Assembly: GCA_964353175.1 (NCBI GenBank)
Contig: CAYGUX010000002.1
Coordinates: forward strand, 214,786 to 278,785
Length of the DNA: 64,000 bases
Direction: 5' to 3'
Source: an uncultured Bdellovibrionales bacterium
Lineage (GTDB): Bacteria > Bdellovibrionota_C > UBA2361 > SZUA-149 > DAOLCO01
The position numbers and the translations under genes are program-made. Shown piece by piece: positions 37,784-47,901 of this stretch (position 1 is its first letter; each line of letters opens with the position of its first letter). The notes under the pieces are model-generated. The model was not told where the DNA came from. It was given only the letters and a program-made list of their open reading frames with translations, and ran no database searches.

Positions 37784-39893
37784 TAAACTTCAAATCAACT
37801 CTTTTTATGTGTCTGGATATGGTGTCTTTAGGGAGAGGAAATTTAATTTTGGTAATTCTAATTTTGTTTTAGTTTTTGGTCAGAACGAAGCTGGTAAAAG
37901 TACCTTGTTCTCCTTTCTTAGAGGAATGATTTCAACCTTCCCCTCATTGAAGAAAAAAAATGAAAAGCGATATTTGCCACTTAATGGTGGGGAGTATGGA
38001 GGTGAGGTGAGGGTTGAATTTAAGGGTGAAGCTTTTGCCGTTAGAAAGTCTGGGAAAGACTTATCCGGTATCGAGGTTGGTGATGATGGGCGGGAACTTC
38101 CAGCCTTATTGTCGAGTATCGATAGGGATCATTATAAAGCAATTTTTGCTTTTGACCTAAGTGAACTTACTTCATTAAAACTTTTAGATGATACAAGCCT
38201 GAATGAAAGGTTGTTTTCTTCATTTATTGAAGGGTCTGAGGATGTCGTAAGTAGCGCAATAAAAGATGTTGAGAAGAGTAAACAAGAGTTATTTAGAACT
38301 AGGTCAAAAGGTAAAATAGATTTTTTGTATGACGATTTTAAAGTAGGGGAGGGAAGGATAATTGATTTAGAGCAGGAGATGCAGGAACGTGCGAAGAGGG
38401 CATCTTCGTTGGATGGATTGGAGCAATGCATTTCTGAAAAACGTAAATACATAGCTTTACTTTCTGACAAGATAGAAGGTCTAAAAGATATTAAGGAAGC
38501 CAGTAATATTATAAGTTCTCTTAAGAAACAGGAACTTTTGAAACATGAGCTAGCTCAGCTACCTATTCTTACTTTAGAAGAAGAAATGCAATATAGAGAT
38601 TTAGTATCGGAGCGAAGTCTTCTTAATCAAGAATTTAAGATACTAATTACTGAGATAGAAAAGGAGCAGGACGCAAATTTCGCAAGAAAAATTCGACTAG
38701 AAAAAATAAGTATTGATCAGCTCGAGGATTATGGAAGGGCTTCAATATTTCACAATAAAATGAAGTATCTTTTTATGCTTCTTTTGATTATTGTTGGGGC
38801 GTCATGTTTGCTATTTTATTTTTCTATCGTTAATTCCTCTGTGGTTCTTCTGGTTTCTATTGTGATGATCTCGCTTGGGAACTTATGTTATTTCTACGAT
38901 AGATTGCGCCTAAGAAGTACGATGGATCTACTTTTTGATTTTGCTCTTATTTTTAGTCAGGAGCCCCCTTATAATGTGGATATCTTAAAGAAGGAGTTCT
39001 ATATTTTACAAAATGATTTTCAACAAACGAAAGAAAATCTTGTTAAGTTAGGCCAGAAAAAAATAGCATTAAAGGCAAGACTAGATGAAATTTTAGGGCA
39101 CCCCCTCGCGCATCTAGTAGAGAGTGACGTTGCTGAGCTAAAAAGCAATGCAATCAAGCGAAATGAATGTCAGACAAGAATTAAGACCTTTAGGGAAGCA
39201 TTGGCCAGTTTGGACTTGCCTCAAGATACAAACTTAGAGGGTACCAGCGAGGAGCTAGAGGCGATAAATTTCGAGAGAATAGAGATATCTAAAGAATTAG
39301 ATCAGCTTTTGGAACAACGAGGTTCGATTAAAGCAGACTTATTAAAGTTAGCTAATTCAAGTGAGCTGCAAGCACTTAGACTTGAAGTTAATAGTCTTAA
39401 GGGTGAGATAGAAAGGTTACTTTTTTCTTGGCGAGTGGATGCAGTTTCAGAATATTTGTTGTCTGAGGCCTTAAGGAAAGTGGGGGAAGAAGCTTTTGGT
39501 GAGATATCTAATATCGCTAGTGCTATATTTACTAGGCTAACTCAAGGAGCCTATAGTGAAGTGGCTCTTAGTGATAAGGGGAATTCCGTTTTGATTAGAG
39601 ATAGGAATGGGAAGAAGCTTGTTTCTTCTGAGTTGAGCCAAGGGACGGTGGAACAATTATATCTTTCTCTGAGGTTGGCCTTGGTGAGTATTTCAAAAGA
39701 TAGTATCGGCCAGTTGCCTGTATTGTTAGATGATGTAATCGTAAATTTTGACAAAGCTAGAGCCTTTGAAGTTCTTAAAGTGCTAAAGGATTTAAGCGAA
39801 AGTAATCAAGTTTTTTACTTCACATGCCATGAATGGATACGGGACATTTATTTAGAGGTGATGGGGGATGTGGGATCTGTGGTGGATGTGTAA
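37776..39893 (+). CDS. SMC/SbcC-like AAA ATPase (YhaN/SbcE-like) with internal transmembrane hairpin
   Basis: Walker A GQNEAGKST, long coiled coils, C-terminal signature/Walker B region (QLYLSLRLAL...VLLDDVIVNFD); two hydrophobic helices (LFMLLLIIVGASCLLFYFSIV / VVLLVSIVMISLGNLCYF) mid-protein. ATG at 37776 overlaps nuclease stop (ATGAGTGA). Confidence 0.75.
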   Translation: MSDKLQINSFYVSGYGVFRERKFNFGNSNFVLVFGQNEAGKSTLFSFLRGMISTFPSLKKKNEKRYLPLNGGEYGGEVRVEFKGEAFAVRKSGKDLSGIEVGDDGRELPALLSSIDRDHYKAIFAFDLSELTSLKLLDDTSLNERLFSSFIEGSEDVVSSAIKDVEKSKQELFRTRSKGKIDFLYDDFKVGEGRIIDLEQEMQERAKRASSLDGLEQCISEKRKYIALLSDKIEGLKDIKEASNIISSLKKQELLKHELAQLPILTLEEEMQYRDLVSERSLLNQEFKILITEIEKEQDANFARKIRLEKISIDQLEDYGRASIFHNKMKYLFMLLLIIVGASCLLFYFSIVNSSVVLLVSIVMISLGNLCYFYDRLRLRSTMDLLFDFALIFSQEPPYNVDILKKEFYILQNDFQQTKENLVKLGQKKIALKARLDEILGHPLAHLVESDVAELKSNAIKRNECQTRIKTFREALASLDLPQDTNLEGTSEELEAINFERIEISKELDQLLEQRGSIKADLLKLANSSELQALRLEVNSLKGEIERLLFSWRVDAVSEYLLSEALRKVGEEAFGEISNIASAIFTRLTQGAYSEVALSDKGNSVLIRDRNGKKLVSSELSQGTVEQLYLSLRLALVSISKDSIGQLPVLLDDVIVNFDKARAFEVLKVLKDLSESNQVFYFTCHEWIRDIYLEVMGDVGSVVDV

Positions 39894-39899
39894 AAATGA

Positions 39900-40092
39900 G
39901 GTCTGGAGATAAGCTCTCTAAGACTGAAATATTCATTTATCTTACTTGATACGAACATTCTTCTTTGGTGGCTCGCAGAGCCAGAGAAATTATCCAAGCA
40001 ACAGTTTGATATTATTTCATCTAAGGATTCCCAGATTTTAGTGAGCGCGGCAAGTATATGGGAGATCAGAATAAAGAGGCAATATCCTGAGT
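39900..40092 (+). pseudogene. Remnant of a PIN-domain (VapC-like) toxin gene: N-terminal ~50 aa only, no start codon
   Basis: In-frame translation ...KYSFILLDTNILLWWLAEPEKLSKQQFDIISSKDSQILVSAASIWEIRIKRQYPE-stop matches conserved N-terminal half of a PIN family (LDTN...SAASxWEIxIK); premature stop, no ATG/GTG/TTG. Confidence 0.4.
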
Positions 40093-40099
40093 GAAGGCA

Positions 40100-40540
40100 T
40101 TACAAGTAAACAATAACTGAAGCTCGTCCATCTTCTGAGGGTTTTACGGCTTTGGCAATTCTTGTGCTTGTCAGTACTTCATCTACCATGGTTTTAATCT
40201 TACCCATGCCGTGCCCATGAATAATTGTGAGCATGGGTACGCCGTCTAGGACGGCTCTGTTGATGAAATCTAGTAATATCTCCTCTGCCTCTTTTACTTT
40301 TAGACCATGGAGGTCTAAGGTCCTATTTTGCTCGCTCTTAGGTTGCTGAGGGTGATTGGGCTTTTTTTGAATGGAGTTCTTGTCGAGGGTGTCACCAAGG
40401 AGAGTGAGCTGTTCTATGGGCACAAGCATCCTCTTGCCAGAAAGATCAATATAATAATGACCTTTTTTAGCGGGCATGTCGAGGATAGTGCCTTTTAAGC
40501 CTGTTCCTTCTATTTTAACTAGGTTTCCTACCTTAAACAT
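40100..40540 (-). CDS. Smr-domain protein with N-terminal KOW-like segment
   Basis: LDLHGLKVKEAEEILLDFINRAVLDGVPMLTIIHGHGMG (Smr motif incl. HGxG). Confidence 0.7.
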   Translation of the reverse strand: MFKVGNLVKIEGTGLKGTILDMPAKKGHYYIDLSGKRMLVPIEQLTLLGDTLDKNSIQKKPNHPQQPKSEQNRTLDLHGLKVKEAEEILLDFINRAVLDGVPMLTIIHGHGMGKIKTMVDEVLTSTRIAKAVKPSEDGRASVIVYL

Positions 40541-40645
40541 CGGGATTGTAATTATTTTGTCTAGCCTTACTAGTAGTATGCCGTTAAAAGCATAAGAATA
40601 CCAGAATTCTTTTATAGAAAATTAATTAAAGAGGTCGTTTTTACC

Positions 40646-41893
40646 ATGAACCAAAAAAAAGTTGCTATTATTGGGGGTCTTAGAACTCCTTTTGTAAAAG
40701 CAGGAACGAAATTTAGTGATTTAAGCTTTCAAGATTTGAGTGCTCAAGTTCTATCAGAACTAATGAAGAAGTATTCTATTGATACTGTTGAGTTAGGTGA
40801 GGTGGTCTGGGGTACGGTACTCCTAGATTCAAGAACTCCAAACTGGGCTAGGGAAATTCTATTTGCAGCAGGACTTCCTAAGCACGTCTATGCATATTCG
40901 GTCTCAAATAATTGTATCTCCGGTTTGGTTGCTGCAACCTGTGCAATGGATCGAATTAGGACAGGTGGCACGAACTCAGCAATAGCGGGTGGTGCCGAAA
41001 GTATGTCCTGTCCGTCTTTAATCTTTAACGAGAAGGCAACGAAGGTGTTTTTAAAATCCTTTAGGGCAAAGACTTTAATGGATAGGGTGAAATTATTCTC
41101 CACTCTGAGACCAAAAGACTTTTTACCAGTTCCTCCATCTGTAACTGAACCTTCAACAGGTTTAACAATGGGCCAACATATGGAGCTTACTGCTAAGGAA
41201 TTAAGTATTACTAGGGAGAGTCAGGATAAGGTAGCTTTCTTAAGTCATCAGCGAGCCGCAGAAGCTATGAAGGAAGGATTATTCGATGAGTTTATTTTAC
41301 CGGTAGCTGGAGTGACTAAGGATACTTTAGTTCGCCCTGATACCTCTATTGAAAAGCTTTCGGGATTGAAACCGGTCTTTGATAGATCTGGAAGTGGAAC
41401 TATTACGGCAGGGAGTTCTAGTGCGCTAACTGATGGGGCGGCTTGTGTCTTCTTAATGTCTGATGAGCGAGCAAAATTAGAAGGTCGGGAAGTTATGGCG
41501 TACATCAAAGATTATGAGTACGCGGCGATAGATCCTTCTCAGGGGCTTTTAATGGCTCCAGCCGTGGCAGTCCCAAGGTTGTTAAAAAGACATGGTCTGA
41601 CGTTCGCTGACTTTGATTTAATTGAAATCCACGAAGCCTTTGGTGCGCAGGTAGTTGCAAATATCAAGGCTTGGGAGGAAGGGCTAAAAGAAGAGGCAGT
41701 TGGGGCAATAGATTATGACAAAGTAAATACTTTGGGAGGATCTATTGCACTTGGACATCCTTTTGGTGCTACAGGCGGACGAATCATGATTCATTTAGCT
41801 GCTGAGCTAAAAAGAAAGAACTTAAAGCGAGGATTAATTAGTATCTGTGCCGCCGGGGGTATGGCCGGAGCGATGATATTAGAAAGAGACTAG
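40646..41893 (+). CDS. Thiolase (acetyl-CoA C-acetyltransferase / 3-ketoacyl-CoA thiolase)
   Basis: Active-site Cys region SNNCISGLVAATCA, C-terminal GHPFGATGGRI and ICAAGGMAGAMILE motifs. Confidence 0.85.
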   Translation: MNQKKVAIIGGLRTPFVKAGTKFSDLSFQDLSAQVLSELMKKYSIDTVELGEVVWGTVLLDSRTPNWAREILFAAGLPKHVYAYSVSNNCISGLVAATCAMDRIRTGGTNSAIAGGAESMSCPSLIFNEKATKVFLKSFRAKTLMDRVKLFSTLRPKDFLPVPPSVTEPSTGLTMGQHMELTAKELSITRESQDKVAFLSHQRAAEAMKEGLFDEFILPVAGVTKDTLVRPDTSIEKLSGLKPVFDRSGSGTITAGSSSALTDGAACVFLMSDERAKLEGREVMAYIKDYEYAAIDPSQGLLMAPAVAVPRLLKRHGLTFADFDLIEIHEAFGAQVVANIKAWEEGLKEEAVGAIDYDKVNTLGGSIALGHPFGATGGRIMIHLAAELKRKNLKRGLISICAAGGMAGAMILERD

Positions 41894-41929
41894 CATCTTG
41901 AAATAGAGTAGGGGACTCCTACTCTATTT

Positions 41930-42415
41930 CTATTCTATAGGATGGAGTCCTGTTTTAAAACTTCTGATTTGGTCTTCAATTTCTTTATCGAACTTGACCT
42001 TGGGGTTTTCAGCGAGCAGGCCATCTAGCGCGTAGTACTGTCTAGTAGGTTCGTAGAAAATATGAACAATAAGGTCTGCATAATCTATTACTATCCATTC
42101 ACCTGAGTTGTATCCATCGATGCGTTCCGACTTTACGCCGACTTTAATAAGCCCTTCTTGAATTTTATCACTTATTCCTTTTACGTGTCGTGGAGAGGTC
42201 CCGCTGACTAACATGATTCTTTCGGCGATAGAGTAGGAGCTTGATAGATCAAATACAACTGCGTCTAAGGCTTTTTGATCGAGTGCTTTTTTAAGAGCTT
42301 CTTCAACGATTTGATCTAAATCGAGATTGGATTGTCTTTTGGCGAGGGCTAACTTTTTGTCTTCTCGTTCTTCTGTAGAATCTGGGTCTATGGATATATA
42401 TTTAGATGCTCTCAA
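41930..42415 (-). CDS. rsfS: Ribosomal silencing factor RsfS (Iojap family) with N-terminal extension
   Basis: DAVVFDLSSSYSIAERIMLVSGTSPRHVKGI...GEWIVIDYADLIVHIF pattern; downstream of obg. Confidence 0.8.
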   Translation of the reverse strand: MRASKYISIDPDSTEEREDKKLALAKRQSNLDLDQIVEEALKKALDQKALDAVVFDLSSSYSIAERIMLVSGTSPRHVKGISDKIQEGLIKVGVKSERIDGYNSGEWIVIDYADLIVHIFYEPTRQYYALDGLLAENPKVKFDKEIEDQIRSFKTGLHPIE

Positions 42416-42548
42416 AAATCTCCTTTTAAAATGGATCGGTTTAGTCCGTATATTAATATTATACTTAAATTAATACTTGCTTTCAATGAAATAATTAGCC
42501 TGCAAAATATTGAAGATTGCCTGTGATTCTATCATGTTATGCCTTAAA

Positions 42549-43622
42549 CTAGAGTTTCTTTTTCCCTCTAATCGTTCTCCACATGAGTTCAGTGGCTTCA
42601 AAAAGGTGAGTTTTTTCTAATGAACTACATAGTTCGGTCAGTTCTTGATCTTCAGTGGTAAGTTGAGAATAGAAAACTTCATATATATCTTTCACGCCCC
42701 AGATGTCCTCTTTAGAGCATAGGATAAGATAGGGGTAGGCTAGGAGAGTTTCAGAAAAGTTATTTAATTCAGTCCTAAGTAACTTAAGTTGAGCTATCCC
42801 TTCTATGGCAAGTTTTTTTACCAGTATCGATCGTTCTTCATCTTCTTCTTGGAGGTTTTCTAGTTCTAGAAAGTTTTCACTTTGCGTAAAGTCAATTATG
42901 AATCCAAGTCCTTTGGTCCTTTCAATATGTTTTAAGAAAGTAAGCCCTAGACCTTTTCCATCATGTGCTCCTTCAATAATTCCAGGAATGTCAGCTACTA
43001 CAAAGGACCGATTGTCCCCTATGACTACAACTCCTAAGTTCGGACTAAGTGTCGTAAAGGGATAGTCTGCTATTTTAGGCTTTGCTTTAGAAATCGAGCT
43101 AATAAGACTGGATTTACCTGCATTTGGAAGTCCAACTAGGCCAAGGTCTGCGACACTTTTTAGGATTAAATGGAATGTTCTTTCTTCACCTTTTACTCCA
43201 GGTTGAGCGAAGTCGGGGGCCTGTCTGGTGGAAGTTTTAAAATGAGTATTACCTTTTCCTCCTCGTCCACCTCTGGCAGAGATCCATCTCATGCCTTTGG
43301 CGCTAAGGTCTGCTACTAATTTGTCTTCAAAGAAAACTTGGGTTCCAACTGGGACAGAAACTACTTTATTCTCGCCGCTTCTTCCTGTTCGTTGATTTTC
43401 TTCTCCCATTTTTCCATCTTCAGCGAATATGTGAGGGGCGAAGCTAAGGTCAATTAGAGTGTTAAGATTTTCATCTGCTACGAATACAATCGCACCACCA
43501 TTTCCGCCATCACCACCATCTGGGCCACCTTCTGGCATGAATTTCTCTCGGCGCCAATGAACATTTCCAGCTCCACCGTCGCCACCTTTTACGTATATCG
43601 TTACTTCATCTATGAATTTCAT
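42549..43622 (-). CDS. obg: GTPase Obg
   Basis: Obg-fold Gly-rich N-terminus ([11 protein letters not shown]...[12 protein letters not shown]), G-domain [10 protein letters not shown]. Confidence 0.9.
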   Translation of the reverse strand: MKFIDEVTIYVKGGDGGAGNVHWRREKFMPEGGPDGGDGGNGGAIVFVADENLNTLIDLSFAPHIFAEDGKMGEENQRTGRSGENKVVSVPVGTQVFFEDKLVADLSAKGMRWISARGGRGGKGNTHFKTSTRQAPDFAQPGVKGEERTFHLILKSVADLGLVGLPNAGKSSLISSISKAKPKIADYPFTTLSPNLGVVVIGDNRSFVVADIPGIIEGAHDGKGLGLTFLKHIERTKGLGFIIDFTQSENFLELENLQEEDEERSILVKKLAIEGIAQLKLLRTELNNFSETLLAYPYLILCSKEDIWGVKDIYEVFYSQLTTEDQELTELCSSLEKTHLFEATELMWRTIRGKKKL

Positions 43623-43684
43623 AATCTACTTAAAAAAAAGGCTCCCTCTATTTGGGGAGCCTTTATTATTGAAGGGGTGATTTG

Positions 43685-43939
43685 TTATGCAGGAACGATG
43701 CTAACAAATTGTCTGTCGTTAAATTTCTTTTGGAAATGTACAACACCATCAGTCAATGCAAATAAAGTGTAGTCCTTCCCTAGTCCGACGTTAGTTCCTG
43801 GGTGAACTTTAGTACCGTGTTGTCTTACTAAGATGTTCCCAGCTTTAACTAGTTCTCCACCGAACTTCTTTAAACCTAGTCTTTGTCCTCTTGAATCTCT
43901 TCCGTTCTTGGATGATCCACCAGCTTTCTTGTGAGCCAT
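43685..43939 (-). CDS. rpmA: 50S ribosomal protein L27
   Basis: [28 protein letters not shown]... Confidence 0.95.
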   Translation of the reverse strand: MAHKKAGGSSKNGRDSRGQRLGLKKFGGELVKAGNILVRQHGTKVHPGTNVGLGKDYTLFALTDGVVHFQKKFNDRQFVSIVPA

Positions 43940-43966
43940 GACTTTTTCTCCTGTTTGAAAATAATA

Positions 43967-44299
43967 TTATGCAGAGATGTTAGTAACCTTAAGACGAGTC
44001 AGATCTTGTCTATGACCTTTCTTAAGTTCTTTTCCTCTACGACGAATCTTCTTAAAAATAATTAACTTAGGGCCTCTTAGTTGTCTTACTATAGAAGCTT
44101 CAACTTTAGCACCAGTTACTAGGGGTGTTCCTACTTTAGTGTCACTATTTTTTGCAATTAATAGAACGTCAGAAAGTGAAATTGAATCTCCAACTTCTCC
44201 TTCTATTCTATTAACTTCAAATTCTTGGCCTTCAGTTAAGAAGTATTGCCTGCCACTAGTTTTAACTACTGCTACTGTACCCGTATTTTCGGTGCTCAT
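43967..44299 (-). CDS. rplU: 50S ribosomal protein L21
   Basis: Position upstream of rpmA, size 110 aa, SGRQYFLTEGQ pattern. Confidence 0.9.
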   Translation of the reverse strand: MSTENTGTVAVVKTSGRQYFLTEGQEFEVNRIEGEVGDSISLSDVLLIAKNSDTKVGTPLVTGAKVEASIVRQLRGPKLIIFKKIRRRGKELKKGHRQDLTRLKVTNISA

Positions 44300-44510
44300 A
44301 ATTTGCCTAATTGTTAGCTCAAAATAATTCTAAAAATTCAGGGCTTTAATGCTATAAATTAAGATAAAATTCAAGAGAAAGACATTAAAAATCTTTAGAG
44401 ACAAAAAGCAAGTTGTAAGTCCTTGTATTTGCTTGGCTATTAAACTTTCCGCATTAAAACCGTATTTATATTGAAGCACTATAGCTTATCTTTAGGAGAA
44501 GGGGAAGGAT

Positions 44511-45506
44511 TTGGTCATTAATTTAATCGGAGGTTTGTTTGTGGGGATTTTGAGAAAGTGCGTTAATATTTCAAGGTTGGTTGCGAATGGTCTGCTTTGG
44601 TTGAAGGTATGGCATTCTATGCCAGTATGGTCTTGGCTAAGAGCTGCTGCGGCTTATGCAGAGGGCAACTTTATTAGCGCTAGAGATTTCTACAGAATTG
44701 GTTTGAGTAAACATGCGAGTCATCCTGCTCATGGTTCCGCTAGGCTTGATTTAGCGGTTTGTTTAGAAAAGTTAGGCTCCATTGATGAAGCCATCCAAGA
44801 ATTATCTTACATTGTCTCTCTTCGAATTCCTTTGTCTGAGGCATATCTTATGCAAAGTAGAATGTTGGCTTATCTAGGGAAGAATCGATATGCACTTCAA
44901 ACCTTGGGAGTAGGTTTAGAGGTTTGCCCAAGTGACTCTGAAATATTAGCCAAGTATGTTCACTTGCTCTTACTCAGTAATATCGGTGGAACTGCACTTG
45001 AAGAGTCAATTGAGAAGATTAAATTGAAACGTAAATCCTTGTCTCTAGATGGTGTACTAAGGCAATCTTTAGATTGCGCTCTTGGCCACTATGAATTGAA
45101 GGAAGGAGACTTTGTGGTTGGTGAAAACATGTTAGTTCGATGCTTGGCTACAGGGGAAGCGCCTAAGGAAGCATTTATATTAAGGGCAGAGCTATTCTTA
45201 AGTAGTGATAGAATTATTCAAGCGAAAGAGATGTATAGAAGGGCTTTAGATATGGATGCTAGAGATCCGATTCCATATATTGAATTGTCTAGAATCTATT
45301 GTTATTCAAATGAAGTTCAGGATATTCAGTGGGCTGTTCAGTGTGCGGAATCGGCGTGTAAGATGACTCAATGGAGGAATTTAGAAGCCATTGCTTGTTT
45401 GGTAGAGGCATTCCAGGCTAATGGCCAGTATGAAAGGGCAGGGCTTTTACAAGATTTCTTTAATGAGAGAGTTGAGACTCCTATGGCTATCAGAGCTAAA
45501 GCTTGA
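44511..45506 (+). CDS. TPR-like repeat protein (start uncertain)
   Basis: Alpha-helical repeat character (AYAEGNFISARDFYRIGL..., AELFLSSDRIIQAKEMYRRALDMD). Confidence 0.5.
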   Translation: MVINLIGGLFVGILRKCVNISRLVANGLLWLKVWHSMPVWSWLRAAAAYAEGNFISARDFYRIGLSKHASHPAHGSARLDLAVCLEKLGSIDEAIQELSYIVSLRIPLSEAYLMQSRMLAYLGKNRYALQTLGVGLEVCPSDSEILAKYVHLLLLSNIGGTALEESIEKIKLKRKSLSLDGVLRQSLDCALGHYELKEGDFVVGENMLVRCLATGEAPKEAFILRAELFLSSDRIIQAKEMYRRALDMDARDPIPYIELSRIYCYSNEVQDIQWAVQCAESACKMTQWRNLEAIACLVEAFQANGQYERAGLLQDFFNERVETPMAIRAKA

Positions 45507-45536
45507 CCTAATAGGAATTCACTCTATAATGCATAA

Positions 45537-45929
45537 ATGTTTCCAGCACTTATAGAGTTTTTTCAAAAAGCAAAAATTTTTCTAGATGCATCTGCTTTGT
45601 CAGTGCAATCTCATGTCTCAAGCAATCTTAGTGGCTCGCCTAAGGTTTTTATTTCTTTTGATGATGAGAAAGAAGGCATTAGCATCGATATATTAAAAGC
45701 CAGTATTTCTTTTGAGGGTAGGATCAGAGATGGTGGATTTGGTTCTATATTTTCTTTTACCGATCAAGGCTGGGATGACTTTGTTCAAGGGAAGAGTTTG
45801 TCCCAGTGTGCATTTGAAGGCTTAGTTCAAACCTCAGGTTCATCTGATAGTTTGTTCTTAGCAAGTCTTTACTTAGATGAGTTAGCTAAGGTAGTAAGGG
45901 AACAACATGATTCATACTCTATACATTGA
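45537..45929 (+). CDS. Hypothetical 130-aa protein
   Basis: ORF only. Confidence 0.35.
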   Translation: MFPALIEFFQKAKIFLDASALSVQSHVSSNLSGSPKVFISFDDEKEGISIDILKASISFEGRIRDGGFGSIFSFTDQGWDDFVQGKSLSQCAFEGLVQTSGSSDSLFLASLYLDELAKVVREQHDSYSIH

Positions 45930-46122
45930 ACCTGGTGAGACTTTCTTAGAAGTTAAGAAGAAGTTTAGAAAGTGTCTTATGACTGGCGGGGGAGTTTTGA
46001 GGTTGAGGGAAGGTTTGACTAACTCGGAGCTTGAAAGTATTATGAAGGAATTTGAACCTTATGTTGAGGCTAATGGTATTGCTGAGGAGGTTCTACGGCA
46101 GGTGTCGAAGGTTAATGTTTAA
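45907..46122 (+). CDS. Hypothetical 71-aa protein
   Basis: ORF only; overlaps previous by 23 nt. Confidence 0.25.
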   Translation: MIHTLYIEPGETFLEVKKKFRKCLMTGGGVLRLREGLTNSELESIMKEFEPYVEANGIAEEVLRQVSKVNV

Positions 46123-46860
46123 TCACTCTTTATACTCGTTTTCAAGCTCAGCCATCATTTTTGCCTTCATCCTATCTCGCACTCTTTGACTAACTCCTTG
46201 GTATTTCCTCCCCGCTGGGGCTGAGATTTGCGGAAATAATTCAGTTACGACTTCCACATACATATCCCAGTTTTCAGTTTTAAATCTGTTGAGTTTTTTG
46301 GAAGACTCCAATAACTTGTTTTTAGCTGATGCAGAAACTTTATTTTGTGAAGCATAGTAGGCCACTGCATCTAGATGTTTTGCGACTTCATCTAGTAGTA
46401 TTTCAAGTCCACTTTTCATGCGAGCATATTCATTTTCAAGCTTCACCTTAGCAGTAACTTCTGCCATTTCCTTTAAGTTGTCGGCAGAGAATGGCTCGAA
46501 TAGGAATCCATCTACGCCGTTTAGCATGTTTTCAGCAATTATCTCATTTTGCTTACTACTTGGTGTGACAACAGTAATAAATGCCCATTGCTTACCACGC
46601 GGTGTTTTCTTTACTTTTTTAATGAATTCGCCGGAGTCCTCTATTTTGAAGCGATGTGAAATTGTTACGACATCGATTGCTTCAAACCCATTTCCGAAAT
46701 TAAACCCCTCATCTAGGGAAGAACAAAATAATACTTTTTTAAAGCAGGGTAGGGATAGTGCGGCATTTTTAAGCATATTCCTGCTTTTGCCATCGGAATC
46801 AATAATGAGAATGGTAAAGATATCAGAAGTTGCCATCGGCTGATTGAATCCAAATGCCAA
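46123..46860 (-). CDS. CheY-like receiver-domain protein with atypical pocket (EPF in place of KPF) and uncharacterised helical C-terminal domain
   Basis: ILIIDSDG (acidic pocket), D in FEAIDVVTISH, T in FITVVTPSS; conserved Lys position reads GFLFEPF. Confidence 0.55.
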   Translation of the reverse strand: MAFGFNQPMATSDIFTILIIDSDGKSRNMLKNAALSLPCFKKVLFCSSLDEGFNFGNGFEAIDVVTISHRFKIEDSGEFIKKVKKTPRGKQWAFITVVTPSSKQNEIIAENMLNGVDGFLFEPFSADNLKEMAEVTAKVKLENEYARMKSGLEILLDEVAKHLDAVAYYASQNKVSASAKNKLLESSKKLNRFKTENWDMYVEVVTELFPQISAPAGRKYQGVSQRVRDRMKAKMMAELENEYKE

Positions 46861-46926
46861 TTAGTAAAATAGTCGTGTACTAAAAGTAGTCGGCTAATAG
46901 CTGGATTTTCTTTAGGAGGCCTTTAA

Positions 46927-47535
46927 TTAGCCTTTAGCGCCGTGTAGTGCTTCCCAACAGGCGTTTGCTAGAACAGGCCCAACTTCTTTTGGGCTTCTTG
47001 TACTGTAACCATCTAACCAATCTCTGATGTAGCTAAGCGGTATCCCGAAAATAATAGACCACATGATGTCAGCCTTGATTAAAGGGATTGATTTATCCTT
47101 TATTCCCTGTTTTATAGATTTAGTGAGCTTCCGACCTAGGGAGTCAAATCCTACTGTTGTTGGATGACCAATTTTCCCTGTTAGGAATTCATTATGTCTT
47201 GCTAACCATAAATACTGGGAAAGAAGTATGTTCTCTTCTGAAAACTCAAGAAAGGTACGGACTAAACTTTTTATATTAATTTCTAAATTATTATTTTGAT
47301 CGATAGAGGCATCCAAGGCTGCTCTGAATTGGGTTATGCCACTGAAATAAAGCGAAGAGGCGATCTCTTCTTTATTTAGAAAATGATGATAAATTGATCC
47401 TACGCTACACTTAGACTTCTTACTGATATCAGGAACATTTGTATTAAAATATCCCTGATCCACAAAGAGAATCAAAGATGCCTGAAGGATTCTTTCTTTC
47501 GGGTGTAATGATTCTGTTTGTAGTGGGTCTGTCAT
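46927..47535 (-). CDS. TetR-family transcriptional regulator
   Basis: N-terminal HTH ILQASLILFVDQGYFNTNVPDISKKSKCSVGSIYHHF. Confidence 0.8.
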   Translation of the reverse strand: MTDPLQTESLHPKERILQASLILFVDQGYFNTNVPDISKKSKCSVGSIYHHFLNKEEIASSLYFSGITQFRAALDASIDQNNNLEINIKSLVRTFLEFSEENILLSQYLWLARHNEFLTGKIGHPTTVGFDSLGRKLTKSIKQGIKDKSIPLIKADIMWSIIFGIPLSYIRDWLDGYSTRSPKEVGPVLANACWEALHGAKG

Positions 47536-47568
47536 CTGATGTCTTGGTGAGGCATAGAGTTATTTTAA

Positions 47569-47901
47569 TTAATTACCGAATTCATTGTTCTCATCTTCGG
47601 CGCTAACTTCTTCTCCGTTTAGCTCTTTTCTGAAGATTTGACTTGATTTGAACTTAACGACTTTTCTTGCAGCTAGAGTAATTTTCTCACCAGTAGATGG
47701 ATTTCTACCGGGTCTTGCATTTTTCTCTTTTACTTCGAAAACGCCAAATCCAGAAATCATGAGCTTTGAATCGTTAATTAAGCCTTCTTTCATTAATTCA
47801 ATCCAGTCTTCTACAATTTGCGTAGCTTTCTGTTTGTCTATTGGCATCTGCTCATAAATCGCATCAACCAAATCTGCTTTTGTTAGACATCCATTTTTCA
47901 T
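47569..47901 (-). CDS. HU/IHF-family DNA-binding protein
   Basis: GFGVFEVKEKNARPGRNPSTGEKITLAARKVVKFKSS (beta-arm signature). Confidence 0.85.
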   Translation of the reverse strand: MKNGCLTKADLVDAIYEQMPIDKQKATQIVEDWIELMKEGLINDSKLMISGFGVFEVKEKNARPGRNPSTGEKITLAARKVVKFKSSQIFRKELNGEEVSAEDENNEFGN

